Source of the DNA: Berkelbacteria bacterium GW2011_GWE1_39_12
GTDB taxonomy: Bacteria; Patescibacteriota; UBA1384; UBA12157
Reading direction: 5' to 3'
NCBI GenBank assembly: GCA_001029735.1
Contig: CP011213.1
Coordinates: 720,298 to 784,297, forward strand
Length of the DNA: 64,000 bases
The notes below the pieces were generated by a model. It was not told where the DNA came from. It did no database searches and saw nothing but the letters and a program-made list of their open reading frames with translations. Numbering within the stretch: position 1 is the stretch's first letter; each line of letters begins with the position of its first letter. The translations under genes and the position numbers were made by a program. This document shows positions 1-8,611 of this stretch, one piece after another.

Positions 1-174
1 AAGTTGGAAAAGTATCTTGGTAAAAAACGAGAGCGAACGGCTTACGCTTTGAATATTCTGGCCGTGACTCTGGAGTCGAGTTTTGTCGGTATCGAGCTTT
101 ATAACATAGTAGTCAATCGAATCCGAGAGGATCAATCGTCTAAGCATGGTCGGAAACTAAAACAACCCTGTTGA
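1..174 (+). CDS. 3' end of a hypothetical protein (partial)
   Basis: Frame 1 is open from base 1 (KLEKYLGKKRERTAYALNIL...) to TGA 172-174, followed by a hairpin and T-run. Confidence 0.45.
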   Translation, partial: KLEKYLGKKRERTAYALNILAVTLESSFVGIELYNIVVNRIREDQSSKHGRKLKQPC

Positions 175-188
175 TACGGGGTTTTTTT
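163..188. terminator. Probable intrinsic terminator between convergent genes
   Basis: AACCCTGT-tgat-ACGGGGTT stem followed by T-run. Confidence 0.55.
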
Positions 189-189
189 A

Positions 190-672
190 TTAGCGAATTC
201 CAAAGAGTACAAATAAAATAATAAAAACTGCAGCTAGAAACATATTAATCAATATACCAGTTAACGAACCCAGGAGGCTACCAGAAGCGGCCTTAATGGC
301 CTTTTTCCAATGGGCAAAGTTAGTGATTTCAATTATAAAAATGCCTAAAAATAATCCAATAAATCCGCCCAGCGGGGGAAAGAGAATTAATCCTAAAAGG
401 AAACCGATGACGCCACCGATAATTCCATTTCTTGTGGCACCCGAAATTTTGGCGCCAAGTAAACCCGAAAAGTGATCAACAGCTATCGAGATAAGGGCAA
501 TTATTCCTAAATAAATTAGTTCCATAGCCGATAGATGATGGAATTTATCGATAAATATATAAATTAATGAAATAAAAAACATGTATGCAAGGCCTGGCAG
601 GCTTAGCGCTGTTCCAAAAATACCCAATAACATCAAGGCTGAAAAAATTAAAAGTAAAATAGTGTTTGACAT
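190..672 (-). CDS. DUF456-family membrane protein
   Basis: 160 aa hydrophobic; LPG, 'GAK..GAT..G..GG.IG...G' and 'PP.G...G.F.G' glycine patterns typical of DUF456. Confidence 0.75.
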   Translation of the reverse strand: MSNTILLLIFSALMLLGIFGTALSLPGLAYMFFISLIYIFIDKFHHLSAMELIYLGIIALISIAVDHFSGLLGAKISGATRNGIIGGVIGFLLGLILFPPLGGFIGLFLGIFIIEITNFAHWKKAIKAASGSLLGSLTGILINMFLAAVFIILFVLFGIR

Positions 673-707
673 GAATAGATTATATCATCGATAAGGATTT
701 AAATCAT

Positions 708-848
708 TAAAAAAACACCTGAATAGGTGAGTTTTAAGTGGTGGGCGCCTTTAGGCATGCTTCTGGATTCAAACCAGCAGGCTTTGTTTTGCATTTAAAT
801 TTAATTACTAAAAAAACACCTGAATAGGTGAGTTTTAAGTGGTGGGCG
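708..848. repeat. 40-bp exact direct repeat (708-747 = 809-848) covering the tRNA-Val 3' end and trailer
   Basis: TAAAAAAACACCTGAATAGGTGAGTTTTAAGTGGTGGGCG occurs twice, 101 bp apart. Confidence 0.95.
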
Positions 849-916
849 ATACTGGATTCGAACCAGTGACCTTCTCTACGTCAAAGAGACGCTCTAACCA
901 ACTGAGCTAACCGCCC
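840..916 (-). tRNA. tRNA-Val(GAC)
   Basis: Reverse complement folds as a cloverleaf: GGGCGGT...TCTCT-TTGACGT-AGAGA...ACTGG-TTCGAAT-CCAGT-ATCGCCC-ACCA. Confidence 0.95.
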
Positions 917-958
917 TTATTAAATTGTTAATCTTTTCTATATTGCCTTATCTTTAAC

Positions 959-1036
959 ACGCTCTAACCAACTTAGTTTTCGGGCTACGCCCTCACCTTT
1001 ACTAAAGAAAAGCAACCGCCCATATTTAATTGTTAA
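959..1036 (-). pseudogene. Degenerate duplicate of the tRNA-Val(GAC) 5' half with a hairpin insertion
   Basis: 959-973 is identical to 889-903; 1014-1036 resembles 909-931; separated by about 35 bp of extra self-complementary sequence. Confidence 0.8.
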
Positions 1037-1046
1037 CATTAGTATT

Positions 1047-1985
1047 CTAACTTATTTCCAGACTTTTTTCAAGGCTAGCTTTTAAATGCTTATTTGATTT
1101 TAGTAGAAAATAACCAATTACTCCAAAAGTCGTAATTGGCGAAAGCCATTGTGGCACGTCTATACCAAAACTATCGAACAGCATAATTAGGCCTAAAAAT
1201 AAAATCGAATACATTGCGCCATTTTTTAAGAAAACATATTTTTTGATTCTTTCAATATTGCCAATTGTGAACTGTCTAACAACATACGCACCCAAGCCAT
1301 TTCCGATCAAGATTAATGGGACAGATAGTGTAAAGGCAAATGCCCCGAGAACTCCGTCAATAGAAAACGTGGCATCGATTACTTCTAGATAGAAAATTTT
1401 ACTTATATCAGAAAGACCGCTTTTGGCTAGTTGATCTTCTCCCTTTTCTGCGTTTTGTTTAAATCCGTGTGTAATAAAAAATGCTGTTGAACCAACGACT
1501 GCTCCGAACGCCATTAAAGGATTAACCTTAAGAGCACACCAAACTATTGAGGTTAAAAGAATTGATACTAAAGCGTAAAACCAAATCCCATTCGAAAAGA
1601 AAAATTTTTCATGTGGTAGGCCGAAATGTTTATCTTCTAAAAATAACCAGTGGAAAAAGAGAAAAATTAAAAACGTTCCGCCGCCACTAAGCAGTATTGG
1701 CGCCGAAAGTTCGATTGCTTCCTTGACGTGTGGATCGTTGCTGAAGGTGGCAGTTAGAGCGCCGATTGGTCCTAAGCTTGGATTTACCGCCCAAATAATC
1801 GCCCAAGGCAGTAATCCTCTGATTACAAATACAGCAAAAAATAGACCCCAAACTAGAAACCAGCGTCTAGCTTTTTCTTTCATTGTTCCCAAAACTTCGG
1901 CATTGATTATCGCATTGTCGATACTGGAGATAGTTTCAAAAACGCACAGGCCAAGAAGGATCAAAATTGTGTTGATTGAGTTCAT
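1047..1985 (-). CDS. DUF475 (TerC-related) integral membrane protein
   Basis: 'E.ISSIDNAIINA.VL' N-terminal motif and 'YLEVIDATFSIDGVLGAFAFT'. Confidence 0.85.
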   Translation of the reverse strand: MNSINTILILLGLCVFETISSIDNAIINAEVLGTMKEKARRWFLVWGLFFAVFVIRGLLPWAIIWAVNPSLGPIGALTATFSNDPHVKEAIELSAPILLSGGGTFLIFLFFHWLFLEDKHFGLPHEKFFFSNGIWFYALVSILLTSIVWCALKVNPLMAFGAVVGSTAFFITHGFKQNAEKGEDQLAKSGLSDISKIFYLEVIDATFSIDGVLGAFAFTLSVPLILIGNGLGAYVVRQFTIGNIERIKKYVFLKNGAMYSILFLGLIMLFDSFGIDVPQWLSPITTFGVIGYFLLKSNKHLKASLEKSLEIS

Positions 1986-2012
1986 AATTAAATTATACAG
2001 TAAAAAATTACA

Positions 2013-3374
2013 TTAGCGTTTAATTTTAGAAAACCAATCTGGTGCTTTGCCCTTAAAGCCACGCAGAAAATCATTCCAAGGCATAGGTTGTCTTCCCTCC
2101 GGCTGGACAATGTCTAAAACCAATTTACCATTATCTAAATGGGCTTGGTGAATAATTAGTCGCTTCCCATCAATTGATGTAAATGTCCCTGGCCAGCCGA
2201 ATAACGCCCGAATTTGTTTATCAATTTCTTTAACTGACTTTTTCCAATTAATTTCGCCATCAGCTTTTGTAAATTTATGCGTGATAGACGCTTTGCTTTC
2301 ATCTTGTGGAATAACTTTTATTTTTCCTTCTTGAATTTTTGGCAGGATTTCAAGAAGCATTTTTAAAGAAACATTGGCTAATAGATTTCGCATTGAAAGA
2401 GCGTTGTCTTGTTTGTCGATTTCAATTGCTTCCTGTATTAATATTTCGCCCGTATCAAATTCTGGCGACATTTTTATAATCGTTACACCGGTTTCTTTTT
2501 CGCCTGCAAGTATCGCACTTTGAATTGGTGATGGCCCGCGAAATTTTGGTAAGAGTGACTGATGGGTGACTATTGACATTATTTTTGGTATTTGAATAAT
2601 CTCTGTTGGGATTAGCTTACCAAAATCAGCTGTAATTATTAAATCTGGATCAGTCTCTTTTATTTCTAAAGTAAAATCAGAAATTTTTTCGACTTCCAGA
2701 AACTTTTTGTTAAAGTTCTGTGCAGCTTGACCAACAGGGGAAAGGCAAATTCTTTGTGCTCGGCCAGAGGGCTTACCTTTTTCAGTTAAAATCAATTTGA
2801 TATTTAAATCGAGTAAAATTAAACCGCGTAAAATCATTTCTGAAAATTCGCCAGTTCCAATATAAACAATTTTCATTTTCTTGAGTTCTGGATTTTCATG
2901 ATGTAATTTTTCTTTTGCTAGTTCTGTAAAAACTTTGCCACGCAGGTGGTCAGTTTCATGTTGAATAATGCGAGCGAGTAACCCCTTGGCGGCAATCTTA
3001 ATTCTTTTACCGTCGAGATCTTGTGCTTTAACTTTAATTTTCTCCGGACGAGTAATAGATAGCTCGATTTTCGGAATTGATAAGCACCCTTCAAACATTT
3101 CATTTTGTTCTTTTGAATATTCGACTATTTCTGGATTAACAAAAAACTGTAAAGGAATATTATTTTTGCCGGTTTCGTCTAAAAACTCTACTACAAAGAC
3201 ACTATTATTAAGACCAATTTGATTAGCTGCTAGCCCGACTCCATATTCATTATGCAAAAAATCAGTCATCAATTTAGCCTGATCTTTTAAGTCATTATTA
3301 AAAGAGGTGACGGGTTGGGTCACCTCGCGCAAAAACTGATTAGGAACAGTGATAATTCGCAATGGTTCTTTCAT
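2013..3374 (-). CDS. def-fmt: Peptide deformylase - methionyl-tRNA formyltransferase fusion
   Basis: N-term PDF motifs GVGLAANQIG, EGCLS, QHETDHL; C-term FMT 'MKIVYIGT', HQSLLPKFRGPSPIQ, DTG, VQPEGR; one ORF. Confidence 0.92.
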   Translation of the reverse strand: MKEPLRIITVPNQFLREVTQPVTSFNNDLKDQAKLMTDFLHNEYGVGLAANQIGLNNSVFVVEFLDETGKNNIPLQFFVNPEIVEYSKEQNEMFEGCLSIPKIELSITRPEKIKVKAQDLDGKRIKIAAKGLLARIIQHETDHLRGKVFTELAKEKLHHENPELKKMKIVYIGTGEFSEMILRGLILLDLNIKLILTEKGKPSGRAQRICLSPVGQAAQNFNKKFLEVEKISDFTLEIKETDPDLIITADFGKLIPTEIIQIPKIMSIVTHQSLLPKFRGPSPIQSAILAGEKETGVTIIKMSPEFDTGEILIQEAIEIDKQDNALSMRNLLANVSLKMLLEILPKIQEGKIKVIPQDESKASITHKFTKADGEINWKKSVKEIDKQIRALFGWPGTFTSIDGKRLIIHQAHLDNGKLVLDIVQPEGRQPMPWNDFLRGFKGKAPDWFSKIKR

Positions 3375-4494
3375 ATAACTTTTCCATTTTACTTGCTGAC
3401 GCTTCTTTGGAATATTCTTTGGCGTTCTCCCGTGCTGCTGCGCCTAACTTTAAACGAAGATTATCGTCATTGAGCAGGCTTTCAATTCTACCAATAAATT
3501 GATCAAGATTCAAGTCACAAAGGTAGCCGTCAACTTGATCCTTGATAATGTTGCTTGGCCCCATCTTGTTAACGGCAACAGCCGGCATGCCCGCTGCCAT
3601 CGCTTCGGAAATGACAATGCCTTGTGTTTCGCTTGTCGAGGGAAACACGAAAATATCTGCGGCACCAAAGAAACGATTGGCTTTTTCTTTCTCTTGTTTG
3701 TCAGTGAAGGTGATAGCATGATCTAGTCCCATCTGAGAGACCTTTTTTTGGTAAATAGGTAGCTCTTTACCTCCGCCAACTAAAATGAGATGAAAGTCAT
3801 TACGGCTTTTTACAAGTCTCTTTATCACTTCAAGAAGAAAGTCTAAATTCTTTTCTTTAGCGACGCGTGATAAATATAGTAGTAATTTTTTACCCTTTGG
3901 CACACCCCATTGTTGGAAAAGCTCATCTCGACTAAATGGGTTTTGAAACTCACTGAGATCGATTCCCGTTGGGATCGTTTCGATTGGAGTCTTGACCCCA
4001 TAACCAAGAATTATTTTCTTCATTGCTTCAGATGGTGTAACAATTTGATCACATTGGTTGCAAAAATCGGTGCTACGTCTTTTGACAAACCATTTGCCAA
4101 TCGGTGAGCCAATCTTCCAATGGACATACTCTTCAAGCAAGGTGTGATACGTGTGAACAATAGGAATGTCTAGGTCATCCGCCAAGTGTCTTCCCATGGC
4201 ACTGAGCATGCCAAGAGAGTGTTGGGCATGAATGATATCTAGTCCTAAAGCTTTGGCCCTTTTGGTTATGCTGGGGGCAAAAATTGGAAAGGCAATTGGG
4301 TAGTCCTTTGGCCCAAACAATGTACTTGAAGGATAGCGAAATATGTTGCTCTGTGTGTCTGTAAAACCGGACGTTTCTGGTGCTAGAATATAAATCTCAT
4401 TATTCTTCTCTAAAATATCTTCAAAGGCGTGAATTGAAACGGTCACACCATTTAATGTTGGATCAAAACATTCGGAAACAATCCCAATTTTCAA
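3340..4494 (-). CDS. Glycosyltransferase family 4 (diacylglycerol glucosyltransferase-like)
   Basis: 'NGVTVS', 'VHTYHT', 'FVFPSTSETQGIVISEAMAAG' GT-B motifs; TTG start. Confidence 0.88.
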   Translation of the reverse strand: MKIGIVSECFDPTLNGVTVSIHAFEDILEKNNEIYILAPETSGFTDTQSNIFRYPSSTLFGPKDYPIAFPIFAPSITKRAKALGLDIIHAQHSLGMLSAMGRHLADDLDIPIVHTYHTLLEEYVHWKIGSPIGKWFVKRRSTDFCNQCDQIVTPSEAMKKIILGYGVKTPIETIPTGIDLSEFQNPFSRDELFQQWGVPKGKKLLLYLSRVAKEKNLDFLLEVIKRLVKSRNDFHLILVGGGKELPIYQKKVSQMGLDHAITFTDKQEKEKANRFFGAADIFVFPSTSETQGIVISEAMAAGMPAVAVNKMGPSNIIKDQVDGYLCDLNLDQFIGRIESLLNDDNLRLKLGAAARENAKEYSKEASASKMEKLYERTIANYHCS

Positions 4495-4533
4495 TTCAAG
4501 CCTCCTTACTACTAAATATATTTTAGCAGATTG

Positions 4534-6339
4534 TCAGATTAAGTCTACCGGGTCAACGTCTATAATTACATTTCGCTGCTTCAACAAAAATGCTCTGATA
4601 TTTTCAGGAAGTACATTTTTATGTTTAATGATTATTTGCCAACGGGACTTATTTAATTTCTTAAAAACAAATGCTGGATTCGGGCCTAGAATTTCTAACG
4701 ACTCAATTTCAGTGCTATTACTTTTAAGTCCGTTCAAGGATTTAGCGGTTTTAATTGAATCTTTTTTGCAAATTTCTTCATCTTCATTTTGGAAAATTAA
4801 GTTAATCATTTTTGTAAAGGGTGGAAATGATTCTTTACGCCTTAAATTAATTTCATGATTAAAAAATGATTCATAGTCTAAGGCGGCAAGCGATTTAGAA
4901 AGACCAGCGTCAGGACGGGAAGTCTGGATTAAGCCCTGATCAGATATTTTTAGAAACTTATAATAAGTATCGAAAGCATTTTCTGCGCTTTTAAAATCTG
5001 GCAAGTACAAATATGAATCCATGTCTAGAATCGCGACCAGGTCAATTTTTGGTAAATTTAATTTGAGCGCGTAATTAGTGGCGATCGCGATATCAAAGTC
5101 ATTTGTTAACTCATCGCCATCTTTTTCAAGATTAATGATTGTCGATTTTGGCCAATTATCCTTAATTATTTTCGATAATTTTCTTGTGCCTAAGCCTGTT
5201 TTTTTTAAATTTATGCCGTGACACTTTTCACAATTAGTTGGTAAATCGAAGGTTTTATCGCATCTTTGACAAACTGCTTTATTTTCAAACGGACGTAGGG
5301 GTAAGTCGCATTGTTTACAATTAAAAATCCAGTTGCAATTAGTGCAAGTATAATAATTTCCCTCACCTTTGCGATTAAAAACTAAAAGAGTTTTTTTCTT
5401 ATCGAATAAATTTTTTTCAATATTTTTTTTAAGCGTTTCACTTAAAATACTTTTCGCGTTCGAGGTATCGATTATTTCAATTTTGGGTTTTAAAAAATTG
5501 TGTTTAAGAATCTTGTAGTTTTTTTGTGCTTGATAAAAATTTTCAATGTCAGGAGTTAAGCTTCCGATGATTAGATTAGCTTTTGAAAATTCTGTTAATT
5601 TCTTAGCGGTTTCTACTGTTGAAAAGCGGGGTGAGCGATCATTTTTAAAGGAAAGACTTTCAAATTGATCAACGATGATGAGTCCTAAATTATTAATTGG
5701 CGCAAACAGGGCGGATTGAGAGCCTATCACGATGGAGAATGGCTTTCTGCGTGCTTTGTCCCAGGCAATCCATCTTTCTGTTTTTGTTAAGTTAGCGTGC
5801 AGGATTATTAAGTCTTTAAGTTTCGGTGCAAAGTAATCTATCAATGAAAGATCCGGTATCAAGATTAAAACGGATTGTTTACGTTTAATTGTTTTTTCTA
5901 TGGCTTGCAGATAAAATTTTAACCGTCTGGAAAAATCAGCTATTATTAAAAATCGATTATTTGTTAAGTTTAGCGAACTTGGCTGGACTGCTATCTCTGA
6001 CTCATTTTTCTTAATTGTTCTTTTGGCCGACGGCACGATATTTTCAAAAAGCGTTTGTCCCAACGGGGCCAAATAATAATCGCTCATCCATTTCGCAAGT
6101 TTTAGATGTAAATTATCGATTACCGGATTAGGGTCAATAATTTTTATAATTGGTTTTAAAATCTGTATTTGCGACGAGCGCCTAATATCCATTACTATCG
6201 CTTCAATTGTTCTTCCATGAAAAGGCACTTCAACTAAAACACCGCATTTTATTTGCGGTAAAATCTCTGGTGGGATAGAGTAATCAAAAATTCCATCTCC
6301 AGAGGTTTTAACTTTTGGAATGACTTTAGCTATTTGCAT
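4534..6339 (-). CDS. priA: Primosomal protein N' (PriA) with degenerate helicase motifs
   Basis: N-term 'FDYSIP..G..V.VPF' 3'-DNA binding domain, four CxxC pairs, 'FPPF', 'LGP.PA', C-term 'IDVDP'. Confidence 0.9.
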   Translation of the reverse strand: MQIAKVIPKVKTSGDGIFDYSIPPEILPQIKCGVLVEVPFHGRTIEAIVMDIRRSSQIQILKPIIKIIDPNPVIDNLHLKLAKWMSDYYLAPLGQTLFENIVPSAKRTIKKNESEIAVQPSSLNLTNNRFLIIADFSRRLKFYLQAIEKTIKRKQSVLILIPDLSLIDYFAPKLKDLIILHANLTKTERWIAWDKARRKPFSIVIGSQSALFAPINNLGLIIVDQFESLSFKNDRSPRFSTVETAKKLTEFSKANLIIGSLTPDIENFYQAQKNYKILKHNFLKPKIEIIDTSNAKSILSETLKKNIEKNLFDKKKTLLVFNRKGEGNYYTCTNCNWIFNCKQCDLPLRPFENKAVCQRCDKTFDLPTNCEKCHGINLKKTGLGTRKLSKIIKDNWPKSTIINLEKDGDELTNDFDIAIATNYALKLNLPKIDLVAILDMDSYLYLPDFKSAENAFDTYYKFLKISDQGLIQTSRPDAGLSKSLAALDYESFFNHEINLRRKESFPPFTKMINLIFQNEDEEICKKDSIKTAKSLNGLKSNSTEIESLEILGPNPAFVFKKLNKSRWQIIIKHKNVLPENIRAFLLKQRNVIIDVDPVDLI

Positions 6340-6350
6340 AGGTCCTTTTG

Positions 6351-6872
6351 CTATTCATAACGATCGGCAGTAAACCGGTACAAGAGTACTTCTTCGTCTG
6401 TGGCAATGCCGCCTTTTTCACGAGCAATTTGAATTTGAGTTTCCGTGTCTTTAATTCCCTCTAAATTTGGCAATAATAATCCGGAACGGATTAAATCGTT
6501 TGAGCGAACAATGACGCCATATTTTTCTGGGTCCAATTCGTTTTCTGATTTAACCGCTTCAATTTTGCCTAAAACGTCAACTGAGTATTTTAATTTATCA
6601 AGTTCTTTTTTTTCGATTGGCTTGAAGCGGGGATCATGAAAAGCTGCCTCTATTGCGTTGGCAATAATTTCGCCACCCAAGCTTTTATGTGTTGGCATTA
6701 TTGTCCCAATGCATCCGCGCAGTAAATCTTTGTCTTTTGTATGAATGGAAACAAAACAGCCGCTGCTTCTTATCGCTAGCGGAGATGGTAGGTTACTTAT
6801 TGTTGGCAATTTTTCTTCTGTCAGATAACCCTCTACAGTTTGTTTTACTAAATCCGTATAAATATTTGCCAT
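6351..6872 (-). CDS. amrA: AmmeMemoRadiSam system protein A (AMMECR1 domain)
   Basis: 'GCFVSI...LRGCIGT', 'AAFHDPRF', 'GLLLP'. Confidence 0.92.
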   Translation of the reverse strand: MANIYTDLVKQTVEGYLTEEKLPTISNLPSPLAIRSSGCFVSIHTKDKDLLRGCIGTIMPTHKSLGGEIIANAIEAAFHDPRFKPIEKKELDKLKYSVDVLGKIEAVKSENELDPEKYGVIVRSNDLIRSGLLLPNLEGIKDTETQIQIAREKGGIATDEEVLLYRFTADRYE

Positions 6873-6874
6873 TT

Positions 6875-7675
6875 TTATTTCTCCGGAAGACTAAAGTTAG
6901 CTACTAAATAGCCGACACCAAATGGTCCTTCGTACGATAAAACACCACACTTTGTCTCTATGCCATCCAATGCGCCTAATAAAACAATTATCGAGCGCAG
7001 GCCGCATTCTCCAATGTTTTCAATGAATTCATCTTCATAGTATAAGATGTCCTGTACATTATAATTTTTTAAATCCTCAACGAGCTGTAGATCAAATTTT
7101 TTTCCGTCTGGATTTTGTAATAATTGGTGCGAGAGATCACCGGATGCGAGAATGCCTATGCGCCCAGGAAAACTTTCAGCAGCATCGCGAATGGCTTGAC
7201 CAAATGCAAAATGAGAGGCTCTATTTAGATTAGAATAGGCGATTGGTACTACTTTAAAGCTTGATTCTTGATTTCTTTTTAAATAAGACAAAGGAACCAT
7301 GGCGCCATGGTCTAGTTCGTAAAACTCGCCATCATTATCAAAAAGTGAAAACGGTATTTTAGCTTCTTCTAATTTGGTGGCTAAAACATCAACAAATTCC
7401 AAATTGTTTTCCGCTTCCACGACTATATTGGGTTGCTGAAATTCGGCAAAGGTCCCAAATAATTTTTGCATTGAACAAATGTTGTATCTGTCCGGATAAA
7501 TCAAGCCATGCGGCGAGATTACTATTAAAGTATCAATATCCGCTTCGTTAAATACAGTAGTCAATTTCCTCATTCCAGCAATTGTTTCTGCCGTTTTTTT
7601 CAAATCTTCTTGCTCACCGATTCCCGGCACTATTATAGGCGGATGTGGACTAATGCCGGCGAAGTTTAAACTCAT
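6875..7675 (-). CDS. amrB: AmmeMemoRadiSam system protein B (MEMO/LigB-like)
   Basis: 'SPHPP', 'ISPH', 'LDHG..VPL', 'ASGDLSH', 'ECG', 'SYEGPFGVGY'; start moved to ATG 7675 behind an AGAGGG RBS. Confidence 0.88.
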   Translation of the reverse strand: MSLNFAGISPHPPIIVPGIGEQEDLKKTAETIAGMRKLTTVFNEADIDTLIVISPHGLIYPDRYNICSMQKLFGTFAEFQQPNIVVEAENNLEFVDVLATKLEEAKIPFSLFDNDGEFYELDHGAMVPLSYLKRNQESSFKVVPIAYSNLNRASHFAFGQAIRDAAESFPGRIGILASGDLSHQLLQNPDGKKFDLQLVEDLKNYNVQDILYYEDEFIENIGECGLRSIIVLLGALDGIETKCGVLSYEGPFGVGYLVANFSLPEK

Positions 7676-7685
7676 ATTTTTCCCT

Positions 7686-7720
7686 CTAGAAAAATTCCGA
7701 GACAAGCGTAAGCTTGGCTA
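7686..7720 (-). repeat. RBS-adjacent hairpin element, copy A
   Basis: Minus strand TAGCCAAGC-TTAC-GCTTGTC-TCGGAATTTTTCTAG directly before the amrB RBS. Confidence 0.85.
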
Positions 7721-8611
7721 TATTATTTTCCCTTTGATTTTATTAATATTTTTTATGTTATTTATTGTTATATATTTTCTGAAGCCATCAACAATTTTCT
7801 CCGCCATTTTCGGATCTAAGTATTGTCCGCTACCTATGCTTATACCAGTGGCACCGCATAAAGTAAAATCTAAAGCGTCTGAAAAATCTGTGATTCCTCC
7901 GCCACCAATAATATCACATTTTAGCTGTTTGTAAACCTGCCAAACCGCTAGTAGTGCAATCGGTTTAATGGCGGGACCGGAATAGCCGCCAATTTTTAAT
8001 GGAAGTTTAGCCACCATTTTCTTATTGTCTATTTCCAAGCCAGGGAATGTGTTTGTCAAAGATATGACATCGGCTCCGTTGTTTAAAGAAATTTTAGCAA
8101 GATCAACTACATCTGTAACATTGGCGCCTAATTTAACAATCAGTGTTTTAGTGTAGGCTTTTCTTACTTTTTTAATTAATCTAATTAAAGCTTTTTTATC
8201 GGCTAAATAAGATAATCCCTTATGGACATTGACGCAGGAAACATTCAATTCGATTGCTGGTAAGCTTTCTTTTTCACATATTTTTGCCAATTTAATATAA
8301 TCTTGATCGGAAAATCCGCCGATACTTGTTATAACTTCAGCCCCTGCATCTTTCCAAAAAGGAAGTTCTTCCGAAAAGTATTTTTCAATGCCAGGATTTT
8401 TCCAGCCATTACTATTTAGGAATCCGTATTTTGTTTTAACAATATTTGGTAAGGGGTTACCCGTGCGCGGCTCAAGCGTTATTGTTTTTGATGTAATTGC
8501 ACCTAAATTCTTAACTTCAATGTGTTTAATTATGTTTCTGTCAAAAGTGCCAGATGCTAAAATAATTGGATTTTTTAACTTTAAGCTACCTAATTTTATA
8601 GATGTGTTCAA
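7718..8611 (-). CDS. pyrD: Dihydroorotate dehydrogenase, family 1
   Basis: 'KNPIILASGT', 'KTIT..PR.GNP.P', 'ELNVSC.N', 'GGYSGPAIKPIAL', 'IIGGGGI'. Confidence 0.9.
   Translation of the reverse strand: MNTSIKLGSLKLKNPIILASGTFDRNIIKHIEVKNLGAITSKTITLEPRTGNPLPNIVKTKYGFLNSNGWKNPGIEKYFSEELPFWKDAGAEVITSIGGFSDQDYIKLAKICEKESLPAIELNVSCVNVHKGLSYLADKKALIRLIKKVRKAYTKTLIVKLGANVTDVVDLAKISLNNGADVISLTNTFPGLEIDNKKMVAKLPLKIGGYSGPAIKPIALLAVWQVYKQLKCDIIGGGGITDFSDALDFTLCGATGISIGSGQYLDPKMAEKIVDGFRKYITINNIKNINKIKGKII

Noticed and set aside
7676-7705. N-terminal extension MSRNFSRGKN of amrB in the ORF track
   Set aside because: Translation of hairpin element A from a TTG; the ATG at 7675 has the RBS.
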